A stretch of DNA of 63,860 nucleotides, filler included, from Actinomycetota bacterium (GTDB lineage Bacteria > Actinomycetota > Acidimicrobiia > IMCC26256 > VFJJ01), in the NCBI GenBank assembly GCA_009886115.1. It is 5 parts of 5 records of this genome, joined end to end, with 100 filler letters (N's around TTAATTAATTAA, not from the genome) between each part and the next. Parts side by side here need not be neighbours in the genome. Positions count along the whole stretch, not along the records: positions 21,806 to 34,080 come from VFJJ01000196.1; positions 34,181 to 49,390 come from VFJJ01000106.1; 3 more parts are not named here. One strand, written 5' to 3'. A model generated the notes under the pieces. The model was not told where the DNA came from. It was given only the letters and a program-made list of their open reading frames with translations, and did no database searches. The translations under genes were made by a program, and so were the position numbers. Within the stretch, counting starts at the first letter, position 1, and every line of letters begins with the position of its first letter. Shown in pieces: positions 30,659 to 38,711 of the stretch.

Positions 30659-31533
30659 CCGATCAGCACTTCGACCCGACCGTGCGACACGAGATCGTTC
30701 TGCTCTTCGATGTGCGCGATGGCAACCCCAACGGGGATCCGGATGCGGCGAATCAGCCGCGCCTCGACCCCGAGACAGGCCAGGGTCTCGTCACCGACGT
30801 GTGCATCAAACGGAAGATCCGTAATTACGTCGACGCCAAGTGCGGCGACAGTGCCACCACCAAGATCTTCGTGCAAGCCGGCGTCGCCCTGAACTCGCAG
30901 CTGCAGCGGGCGTACACCGCGCTTGGACTGGAGGCATCGAAGGGGAAGGGGAAGACGAACCGACAAGACTCGGAACGGCAGGCCCAGACCTGGATGTGCC
31001 AGAACTTCTATGACGTCCGCATGTTTGGCGCGGTCATGAGTACCGGCGACTCGGGTGCCGGCAAGGTTCAAGGCCCTGCGCAGCTCACCTTTGCGAGGTC
31101 GATCGACCGCATCGTTCCGACGGAGCATGGAATCACTCGAGTTGCTCCAACCCGTGAGGGTGATGACAAAGAAACGGAGATGGGTTCGAAGTGGACCGTG
31201 CCGTACGGCTTGTATCGCATGCACGGGTTCTTTTCCGCTCACCTCGCCGAGAAGACTGGGGTTTCGACCGACGACCTTGCGCTGCTCTACGAGGCAGTCC
31301 AGTCGATGTTCGACCTCGACCGCTCGGCCGCGCGTGGGGAGATGGCGGTGCGGGGGCTCCATGTCTTCTCACACTCGTCCAAGCTGGGAGACATGCCTGG
31401 GCATCGTGTGCTCGATTCGGTACGAGTCCAGCGCACAACCGACGACGAGCCTCGCTCGTTCGACGCCTACGACGTAACGATCGCTCATGACACGCTTGCG
31501 GCATCCGTCACGCACGTGGCGCTCGTGGCGTAG
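30655..31533 (+). CDS. cas7c: Type I-C Cas7c/Csd2
   Basis: GNPNGDPDAANQPR, VTDVCIKRKIRNYV and FYDVRMFGAV. Confidence 0.96.
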   Translation: MTDQHFDPTVRHEIVLLFDVRDGNPNGDPDAANQPRLDPETGQGLVTDVCIKRKIRNYVDAKCGDSATTKIFVQAGVALNSQLQRAYTALGLEASKGKGKTNRQDSERQAQTWMCQNFYDVRMFGAVMSTGDSGAGKVQGPAQLTFARSIDRIVPTEHGITRVAPTREGDDKETEMGSKWTVPYGLYRMHGFFSAHLAEKTGVSTDDLALLYEAVQSMFDLDRSAARGEMAVRGLHVFSHSSKLGDMPGHRVLDSVRVQRTTDDEPRSFDAYDVTIAHDTLAASVTHVALVA

Positions 31534-31541
31534 GCCCCAGG

Positions 31542-32177
31542 ATGCACGACGACCAGTCGGTGATGCTCTCGGCGCTCGAGCACTTCGAGTACTGCCCCAG
31601 GCAGTGCGGGCTGATCCACCTCGAGCAGACCTTCACCGAAGACGGCTCCACTACTCGGGGCAGCCTGGCTCACGAACGGGTAAACCAGGAATCGACCGAG
31701 AATCGAAGCGGCATCCGGTTCGTTCGGAGCCTTCCCGTGTACTGCGATGCGTTGGGGCTCCACGGCGTCGCCGACCTCGTGGAGTTCGAAGGCGGCCACG
31801 TCACGCCGATCGAGTACAAGCTCGGCCGGCACCGGGCCGGCGGGCCGGCAGAGCTCCAGTTGGCCGGGCAGGCGTTGTGCCTCGAGTCCATGTTCTCCGT
31901 CGAGGTCCTGACGGGGTACATCTACAGCGTCGCCGAGCGACGTCGACACCGAGTCGCGATCGACCTCGCCTTGCGTCGTCGGGTGATTGACACGATCGCG
32001 AAGATCCGGGAGATGCTCGACGAGCAACGCCTTCCCGCCGCACAGCTCGGCCCTCAATGCGACGGGTGCTCGCTGGTGCACGATTGCTTGCCCAATGTCC
32101 TGAGCCGGGCTCGGTCAGTGTCGGCGCTCACTCGAGCGCTGTTCATCGTCGACGACGGAGGCGATGACCCGTGGTGA
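31542..32177 (+). CDS. cas4: Cas4 exonuclease
   Basis: LSALEHFEYCPRQ, GVADLVE, EYK and C-terminal CDGCSL...C. Confidence 0.95.
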   Translation: MHDDQSVMLSALEHFEYCPRQCGLIHLEQTFTEDGSTTRGSLAHERVNQESTENRSGIRFVRSLPVYCDALGLHGVADLVEFEGGHVTPIEYKLGRHRAGGPAELQLAGQALCLESMFSVEVLTGYIYSVAERRRHRVAIDLALRRRVIDTIAKIREMLDEQRLPAAQLGPQCDGCSLVHDCLPNVLSRARSVSALTRALFIVDDGGDDPW

Positions 32178-33202
32178 CCGACCTCCTGAACACCTTGTAC
32201 GTCCAGACCGACGGCGCCCATATCAAGCTCGACCATGACGCCGTGGTCGTCGAGGTCGACGGCCGAGGGCCCACGCGCCTTCCGCTGAGCCGCATCGAGA
32301 GCATCGTCTGCATCGGACGAGTCACCGCATCGCCTCCCGTGCTTGCCCGGTGTGCCGGAGATGGGCGAAGTGTGGTGTGGCTCTCGGCGAACGGCCGGTT
32401 CGCGTATCGCATTCAAGGCCCCACCGGCGGCAACGTCCTGCTACGCCGAGCACAGCACCTGGCCTATGGGGATGCGGAGCGTCGAACCGCGATAGCGCGC
32501 AACATCGTGGCCGGCAAGCTCAAGAACTCCAGGCGGGTGCTCCTGCGTTCCGCCCGAGATGCCGTCGACGACGACACTCGCCGCGAGCTGAGATCGGCCG
32601 CAGATGCAATCGTCCAGTCGCTGCCTGCCCTTCCCAGCCATCGTGACCTTGACGTGATCCGCGGCGTCGAGGGACGGGCTGCGCGCACGTACTTCTCCGC
32701 GCTCAACCACGTCCTCAGGAGCGACGTTCTGGCGCTCGACGGACGAAGTCGGCGACCGCCTCGGGATCCGCTGAATGCACTCCTGTCGTTCCTCTACGGC
32801 CTGCTCCGATCGCAGTGCTGGTCGGCCTGCGAGACCGTGGGTCTCGATCCCCAGGTGGGCTTCCTTCACGGAATCAGGCCCGGGCGCCCGGCGCTCGCCC
32901 TCGATCTCATGGAGGAGTTTCGACCGGTCATCGCCGACCGCTTGGCCCTCACGCTCGTGAATCGGCGCCAACTCGGTGACTCGGACTTCGAGCATTTCCC
33001 AGGTGGAGCAGTTCGCCTGACCGACCGTGGGCGGCGGACCGTGTTGGAGGCGTGGCAAGGGCAGCGCTCGTCGGAGTTCGCTCACGCGGTTGTGAAGAGA
33101 CCTGTCCCGGCCGGATTGCTCCCACACATACAGGCGCGACTGCTGGCCCGCCACCTTCGAGCCGACCTCGAGGCGTACATCCCCTTCACGATTCGAGGCT
33201 GA
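32171..33202 (+). CDS. cas1: Cas1 (type I-C)
   Basis: LLNTLYV, RGVEG.AA..YF, NALLSFLY, GLDPQVGFLH and LALDLMEEFR. Confidence 0.97.
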   Translation: MVTDLLNTLYVQTDGAHIKLDHDAVVVEVDGRGPTRLPLSRIESIVCIGRVTASPPVLARCAGDGRSVVWLSANGRFAYRIQGPTGGNVLLRRAQHLAYGDAERRTAIARNIVAGKLKNSRRVLLRSARDAVDDDTRRELRSAADAIVQSLPALPSHRDLDVIRGVEGRAARTYFSALNHVLRSDVLALDGRSRRPPRDPLNALLSFLYGLLRSQCWSACETVGLDPQVGFLHGIRPGRPALALDLMEEFRPVIADRLALTLVNRRQLGDSDFEHFPGGAVRLTDRGRRTVLEAWQGQRSSEFAHAVVKRPVPAGLLPHIQARLLARHLRADLEAYIPFTIRG

Positions 33203-33204
33203 CC

Positions 33205-33492
33205 ATGGACTACCTCGTCGCGTACGACGTCGAGACCACGACGCCGGCTGGCCAACGACGCTTGCGGAGGGTCGCCAAGATCTGCGAGGGGTTCGGCGTC
33301 CGAACCCAGTACTCAGTTTTCGAGTGCGTACTCAACGAGATCAGCCGGCCGACGCTCATCGCGAAGCTCCAGGATGCAATAGACCCCCGAACCGACCGAA
33401 TTGCTATCTACCCCCTGCTCGGCGACGCACGGGAGAAGGCCTTCAGGCTCGGTCGAATAGGGTTCGATATCCGAGATCCCCTCATCCTCTGA
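33205..33492 (+). CDS. cas2: Cas2
   Basis: YLVAYDV...RRLRRVAKICEGFGVRTQYSVFEC. Confidence 0.95.
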   Translation: MDYLVAYDVETTTPAGQRRLRRVAKICEGFGVRTQYSVFECVLNEISRPTLIAKLQDAIDPRTDRIAIYPLLGDAREKAFRLGRIGFDIRDPLIL

Positions 33493-33675
33493 CTCTGAGG
33501 TTGCTTCGCGAGCCGTTCACAAAGCTCGCGAGATTCGGTCGCTGTCGTCGAACCTCGGGAGGTTCCGAAGTTTGCACACGGTTCTTGACCTTGGCAATCG
33601 GCGAGATCGCCTCGATTCCGTTCCTTGACAATCATGAGACCGCCTGCCTCGGCGCAAACGGCGAGGTCAGGTAGA
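33493..33675 (+). promoter_or_regulatory. CRISPR leader
   Basis: Non-coding, lower-GC segment between the cas2 stop and the first repeat. Confidence 0.75.
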
Positions 33676-34075
33676 GCGGCCCCCGGTCATCCCGGGGGCC
33701 GAGGATCGCAACCTCCAGGCACTCGCCCGGAAGCAGGTCGAGGACCTGGCGGCCCCCGGTCATCCCGGGGGCCGAGGATCGCAACTCGTTCAGACGCGCA
33801 GCGGTGATGTCCTCACCGGGCGGCCCCCGGTCATCCCGGGGGCCGAGGATCGCAACGACGACGGTGGCATCGTCGGCGGTCCCCGTGGCGCAGCGCGGCC
33901 CCCGGTCATCCCGGGGGCCGAGGATCGCAACCACGGGGTCGTCATCGTGCGGAGCTGGTCGGCCGGCGGCCCCCGGTCATCCCGGGGGCCGAGGATCGCA
34001 ACACGTTCAACGGCCCGGTCGATGTACGACTCCTGCGGGCGGCCCCCGGTCATCCCGGGGGCCGAGGATCGCAAC
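33676..34075 (+). CRISPR. CRISPR array: six identical 37-bp repeats GCGGCCCCCGGTCATCCCGGGGGCCGAGGATCGCAAC and five full spacers (36, 34, 38, 34, 36 bp), truncated by the contig end
   Basis: Repeats start at 33676, 33749, 33820, 33895, 33966 and 34039, with unique spacers between them. Confidence 0.98.
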
Positions 34076-34080
34076 AACTC

Positions 34081-34180
34081 NNNNNNNNNNNNNNNNNNNN
34101 NNNNNNNNNNNNNNNNNNNNNNNNTTAATTAATTAANNNNNNNNNNNNNNNNNNNNNNNNNNNNNNNNNNNNNNNNNNNN
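34081..34180. other. Artificial contig linker
   Basis: N44-TTAATTAATTAA-N44. Confidence 0.97.
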
Positions 34181-35318
34181 CGTGCACGGCCAGGAAGTAG
34201 CCGGGAAACCCGAGCTCGTCGATGATCGCCAGCTCGTAACCGATGCGCCGCAAGGCTTCCTCGTGGCGGGGATGGGCGCGGGGGTAGCGGCGCAGCGCCC
34301 CAACCCATACCAGCTCCCGCAACCACGACATCTCGGTGTGCCCGTCGGGGATGCCGAAGTCGGGCAGGTTGGGGGCAGCCAGCAGCAGGTTGAACGACGC
34401 CGCGGCGGCGATCTCGACGGTGCGCTCGACCGCTCCCGGCCAGCGGGCGAAGCGACGGCGCTGCTCGGCGGCCGAGCGGAGATGGGCCAGCGGGCTGCCG
34501 GGCAGCCAGCCGTCGATCTCGTCGAGGCTGCGACGAGCCCGAATCGCGGCGATGGCCGTGGCCAGCGGGCGCTGGCGGGTCGTGGCGTAGTGCACGTTGT
34601 TGGTGGCCACCACGCCGACGGCGGCGCCGCCCCGGACGGCCAACTCGGCGAGCTGGTCGTTGCGGTGCCGATCGAGGGGATCGCCGTGGTCCCACAGCTC
34701 GACGAGCACCCGGTCGCGTCCGAACGCCCCGACCAGCCGGTCGAGCGCCCGCCGGGCCGCTCGGGGACCGTCGTCGGCCAGGGCCCGGGGGACGGTGCCC
34801 TTGCGACATCCCGTGAGCACGAACCAGGAGTCGTTGGCGGTGCTCGGGCCGGGATGCAGGTGGACGGGCGCCCGGGCATCCTCGGCCAGGAGCTCGACGG
34901 TGGTGCGCGGCGCACCCTTGTGGCCCGCCATCTGAGCCCGGCTGATGGCCCGGGCCAGGCGGGCATGACCCACCGGACCCTGGGCCAGGATCACGAGATG
35001 CTCACCCGGAGGGTCAGCGACGCCGTTCGCGGGTTCGATGAGCAGGCTCTCATCGGCCCGGCTGCTCAGGGTCAGCTCGGCCCCGAAGATCGTCGGCAAC
35101 CCCAAGGCCTTGGCCGCCTTGGCGAAGCGCACGATGCCGTAGAACCCGTCGTGGTCGGTGAGCGCCAGCCCGGTCAGGCCCAGGCGCACCGCCTCGTCGA
35201 CGAGCTGCTCGGGGTGGCTGGCCCCGTCGAGGAACGAGAAGTTCGAATGGCAGTGCAGCTCGGCATAGCCGTCACGGGGCGGGGAGTCGTTGCGAGGTGA
35301 GGAAACAGAGGAGAACAC
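34181..35318 (-). CDS. dnaE2: Error-prone DNA polymerase DnaE2 (N-terminal part, truncated by the contig end)
   Basis: PHP motif YAELHCHSNFSFLDGAS, ALTDHDG, VATNNVHYA and ELAIIDELGFPGYFL. Lies downstream of imuA'/imuB. Confidence 0.92.
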
Positions 35319-35740
35319 ATGTTCGACTTTAGGCGAACAGGTGTTCGACACACCAGCCGGTGGACGGCGGGCCGATCGACGAGCAGTCGCCTGGTCAGCG
35401 CCCGCAGTCGGGCGTGGAGCTCCTCGACCGCGAAGGGCTTGGCCAGGTAGTCGTCGGCACCGGCGTCGAGCCCGGCGACCCGGTCCTCGATCTGGCCCCT
35501 CCCGGTGAGGAGCAGGATGGGCGTCCAGCACTTGTTGGCCCGGAGCTGACGGGTCACCTCGAGGCCGTCGGGAGCTGGGATGCCGACATCGAGCACGACG
35601 GCCCCGAACACGCCCGCCTGGGCCATCCAGATCGCATCGTCGCCCGAGTCGACCACGTCGACGGCGTAGCCCTCACCCTCGAGGGCCTTGCGCAGGAGGT
35701 TGGCGACCCAGGGATCGTCCTCGACGACGAGTATCCGCAT
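35174..35740 (-). CDS. OmpR-type receiver domain with no DNA-binding output domain (truncated response regulator, possibly a pseudogene)
   Basis: MRILVVEDD, VLD, LLLTG, GLDAGADDYLAKPF and ARLRALTRR. Homology ends near 35385 and the frame runs on into dnaE2. Confidence 0.75.
   Translation of the reverse strand: MRILVVEDDPWVANLLRKALEGEGYAVDVVDSGDDAIWMAQAGVFGAVVLDVGIPAPDGLEVTRQLRANKCWTPILLLTGRGQIEDRVAGLDAGADDYLAKPFAVEELHARLRALTRRLLVDRPAVHRLVCRTPVRLKSNMCSPLFPHLATTPRPVTAMPSCTAIRTSRSSTGPATPSSSSTRRCAWA
35312..35347. promoter_or_regulatory. Two tandem LexA (SOS) boxes flanking the dnaE2 -10 element
   Basis: AGAAC-ACAT-GTTCG (35312-35325) and CGAAC-AGGT-GTTCG (35334-35347). Minus-strand TAAAGT (35331-35326) lies 7 nt before GTG 35318. 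Confidence 0.85.
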
Positions 35741-35875
35741 GCGGTGCGGATGCTAGGAGCTGGTGCATGGCCGGAGGCTGGTTCATGGACCTCGGTCCAT
35801 GCCGCGACTCGGGACAGACCTCACCCTCACCGCCCTCACCTCCATCGGGGACGTGGCGGGCCGGGGGCGCGGGGA

Positions 35876-37717
35876 TCAGTCGTAGATCGCCTCGATGCGG
35901 GCCTCTTCCTGCTCGGTGATCACGAGGCAGACGGTCCCGGCTACCGCCACCTGCCAGAGCGAGCCCCGCCGCCGCTGGGCCCGATCCCACCAGCGCAGGT
36001 CGTGAACCCACGGCCCCGCCCAACCCTCGACCGGCCCGCCACCTCCGGGCAGCACCTCGCTCGACATCGACGCCGGTCGGGCCCGGGGTTCCCCTCGGGC
36101 GTCGACGGTGACCGGTCGGCCCTGACGGTCGAGCAGCCGGGCCGGTACCGGTGGGTCGAAGACCAGGCTCGGGTGCGGAGCGGGCACCGCTCCGGGAAAC
36201 GGGGCCGGGGTCGGAGCCCGGCCCCCAGATGATCCAGATCGGCCGTCAGATGATCCAGATCGACCGTCGAGGTGGCGGGACTCGCCCCAGGGCACCCAGC
36301 TCACCTGCTCGGACGGCATCCGCCCGCCCCGGGGAACGGCGGTCACCACCGCATCGTGGCCCAGCATGCCCTGAACCCGCGACAGGGCCCGGGCCGCCTG
36401 ATCGGCAGCTCGTTGATCGCCGCCCCAGAACCCCAACTGGCGCCCCTCGAGGGGAACCACCTCGTCGGGAACCAACCGCAGACGTACCAGCCCACCCCGG
36501 AACTCGGTGACATCGAGTCGATCCGCCAACCCCACCGTCCCCGCCGACCGCGCGTGCTCGAGCGAGACGGCCCGGCCGGTGATCCAGCCGTCGAGCTGCC
36601 AGCGCACCCGTTCGGCGAGCGCGGCCGGGGCCAGCGGGCCGTCGTGGCGCCAGAGCCGTTGGAACTGCTGGCCGAGGTCGGTCTCGGCCTCCACCCTGAC
36701 CTGACGGGCCATCAGACCCTGGGCCGCCAGGCGCTCGACGAAACGGGCCGCCATGCCCCGAGCGGCGAAGGCCACCGATTCGACCAGCTCGGCCGGCGGG
36801 TCGAACTCCTCCACCTCGACGAGATCGAGAGGCGGGTCGGTGAGCCGCAACGGTTGGTCGTCGGCGCCCGCGGCGAGACGACGGGCGAGCAACCCTGCCG
36901 GGCCGAAACGCACCGCCACCGCCGCTGCGGGAAGTGCCACGAGATCGCCCAGGGTCCGGATCCCGAGACGCACGAGCAGCCCGACGAGCTCGCCCCGGCC
37001 CGGTTGCTCGTGGGCCCCTCGTCGACGGGACCGGGCGCCAGAAGGCTCCCGAGCCCCGGACGACCCCGACGACCCGGCGCCCCCGCGTTCGGTCAGCCAG
37101 GGATCGAGCACCCCGACGGGCCAGGGCGCGAGGAACGCCGGGGTGGTCCCCGGTTCGAGCACGACGGCTTCGCCGCTCGCCGCACGCCGCGCCGCCAGGC
37201 GCGCCGCGAACGCGCTGTCGGCAATGCCGACGCGAGCATCGCCGCCGACCCCGATCGCGCCCGCCGTTTGCGTCCGGTCGAGGATCAGCCGGGCCAACGC
37301 GACGTCACCGCCGAAGTAGCGCGACGGACCCCGGGTGGGCAGCGAGCACACCCCGGGCCGCTCGAGGGCCAGACGGGGGGCCACCTCCTCGATGGCTCGG
37401 GCCACCTCTTCGAAGGCCCGAGCCTCGAGCGCCGGATCGGCGGCGACCACCACGAGCCCACCGCAGCGGGCCTCCGCCTCCCGTCGACGTTGTCCCCGGG
37501 CCACCCCCTCCTGGCGGGCCTCCCACGACGCAGCCAGCACCCGACCCGAGGCCAGGACGGCGACCGGGCCGTGAGGTGGCACCCGTGTCGAGCCGGGAGC
37601 GGCCCATCCCCGGGCCTGGGCCGTCCGCTGGGCCACCACCGGCCAGTCGGGGCACCAGACGGCCAGGGTGCGCTCGCCCGAGGGCTCCCGACTCTCCCGC
37701 TCTCCCACCCTCCCCAC
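35876..37717 (-). CDS. imuB: ImuB, catalytically inactive Y-family polymerase-like protein
   Basis: WCPDWP, G(V)ARGQRRREAEARC, RGPSRYFGG, ERVRWQLDGW, GPW...RWW, and C-terminal EAIYD. Confidence 0.88.
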   Translation of the reverse strand: MGRVGERESREPSGERTLAVWCPDWPVVAQRTAQARGWAAPGSTRVPPHGPVAVLASGRVLAASWEARQEGVARGQRRREAEARCGGLVVVAADPALEARAFEEVARAIEEVAPRLALERPGVCSLPTRGPSRYFGGDVALARLILDRTQTAGAIGVGGDARVGIADSAFAARLAARRAASGEAVVLEPGTTPAFLAPWPVGVLDPWLTERGGAGSSGSSGAREPSGARSRRRGAHEQPGRGELVGLLVRLGIRTLGDLVALPAAAVAVRFGPAGLLARRLAAGADDQPLRLTDPPLDLVEVEEFDPPAELVESVAFAARGMAARFVERLAAQGLMARQVRVEAETDLGQQFQRLWRHDGPLAPAALAERVRWQLDGWITGRAVSLEHARSAGTVGLADRLDVTEFRGGLVRLRLVPDEVVPLEGRQLGFWGGDQRAADQAARALSRVQGMLGHDAVVTAVPRGGRMPSEQVSWVPWGESRHLDGRSGSSDGRSGSSGGRAPTPAPFPGAVPAPHPSLVFDPPVPARLLDRQGRPVTVDARGEPRARPASMSSEVLPGGGGPVEGWAGPWVHDLRWWDRAQRRRGSLWQVAVAGTVCLVITEQEEARIEAIYD

Positions 37718-37786
37718 GATGAATCCCGTCCGCCTCTCCGCCGTCAGCCCCGTCAGCCCGGTCGCCCCGTCAGCCCCGGTCGCCCG

Positions 37787-38593
37787 TCAACCGGCAGCTG
37801 CTGCGGGAGCCAGGGTGCCCGTGGCCAGGCGCCGGTCGCGAGCGAGGACCTCGACCCTGAGCTCGCGCTCGGCGAGACGGCCGTCGCCTGCTTCGAGCCC
37901 CGACCAGCGCCCGCTCAGCACCCGGACCCGGCGAGCGGACCGGTCGGGCCATCGGTCGTCGGTGAGCAAGATGACCCGCCGTTCACGCAGCCGAGCCAGC
38001 AGGCGGCGAGCCTCCGGTGCTCGCACCTGGGGAGGGGCCTCGGCCACGACCACCGAGCACCCGTCGATCAGGGAGGCCACGATCGACGCCCAGCGCTCGG
38101 GGGGAACCCGGCGCACGAAGGCCAGACGGTCGAGGGCCACACCGGCCGAGATCGCCGCTGACACCCCGAACGTTCCCAGACCTCCCCGACCCAGCGCACA
38201 GGACGACCCACCGGCGCCACCCGCACGCCCCGAGCCGCCCGGAGCCCCGGCACCGCCCGGGTTCACGGTGACCACCGCCGCCCACTCCCCCGCCCCGGTC
38301 GCCGCGGCGAGCACTTCCAGCACCAACGAGGAACGCCCGGCGCCGAGCGGGCCATCCACGACGGTCACCGCTCCCCGGGGCAGGCCCCCGCCGAGCAGGC
38401 CCCCCAACGGGCCGGGCACGCCCAGCACCAGCTCGGCGGCCAGGGCGACCGGTCGGATCTGCTCCGCCAGCTCCGCCAGCTCCGCCGGGGACGCCCGCTC
38501 GGCCCTCCCCACCACAGCCAAGGCCCGCAACGACGGACGCTCGCGCCCTCCGTCACGTCCGTCATGCGGTACCTCGACCACCGTCGCGCTCAC
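37787..38593 (-). CDS. imuA: ImuA'-like RecA-fold mutasome accessory protein
   Basis: LLGGGLPRG, degenerate P-loop GAGRSSL, GEWAAVV, AGVALDRL, RRLLARLRER and WSGLEAGDGRL. Leaderless GTG start. Confidence 0.82.
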   Translation of the reverse strand: MSATVVEVPHDGRDGGRERPSLRALAVVGRAERASPAELAELAEQIRPVALAAELVLGVPGPLGGLLGGGLPRGAVTVVDGPLGAGRSSLVLEVLAAATGAGEWAAVVTVNPGGAGAPGGSGRAGGAGGSSCALGRGGLGTFGVSAAISAGVALDRLAFVRRVPPERWASIVASLIDGCSVVVAEAPPQVRAPEARRLLARLRERRVILLTDDRWPDRSARRVRVLSGRWSGLEAGDGRLAERELRVEVLARDRRLATGTLAPAAAAG

Positions 38594-38604
38594 CTCGACA
38601 GCAT

Positions 38605-38622
38605 AGCGAACACACGTTCGCT
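38605..38622. promoter_or_regulatory. LexA box at the imuA' promoter
   Basis: Perfect palindrome AGCGAAC-ACAC-GTTCGCT abutting minus-strand -10 TATGCT, which lies 6 nt before GTG 38593. Confidence 0.88.
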
Positions 38623-38711
38623 TCGCTCTGCGACGCCGACGCCCTCGGTGCACACGACTCCAGCCCGGCGTGGTGTCGGCCGATACCCCCGGGGACCCCC
38701 GGGGCGACCAC

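Noticed and set aside
33625..34136. Short ORFs with repeated peptides (GPRSSRGPRIAT, LRSSAPGMTGGR)
   Set aside because: These are translations of the CRISPR repeats.
33676..35318. CRISPR array directly adjacent to error-prone polymerase dnaE2, suggesting a CRISPR-mutasome system
   Set aside because: They are separated by the artificial linker at 34081-34180 and lie on different contigs, so the adjacency is not evidence.
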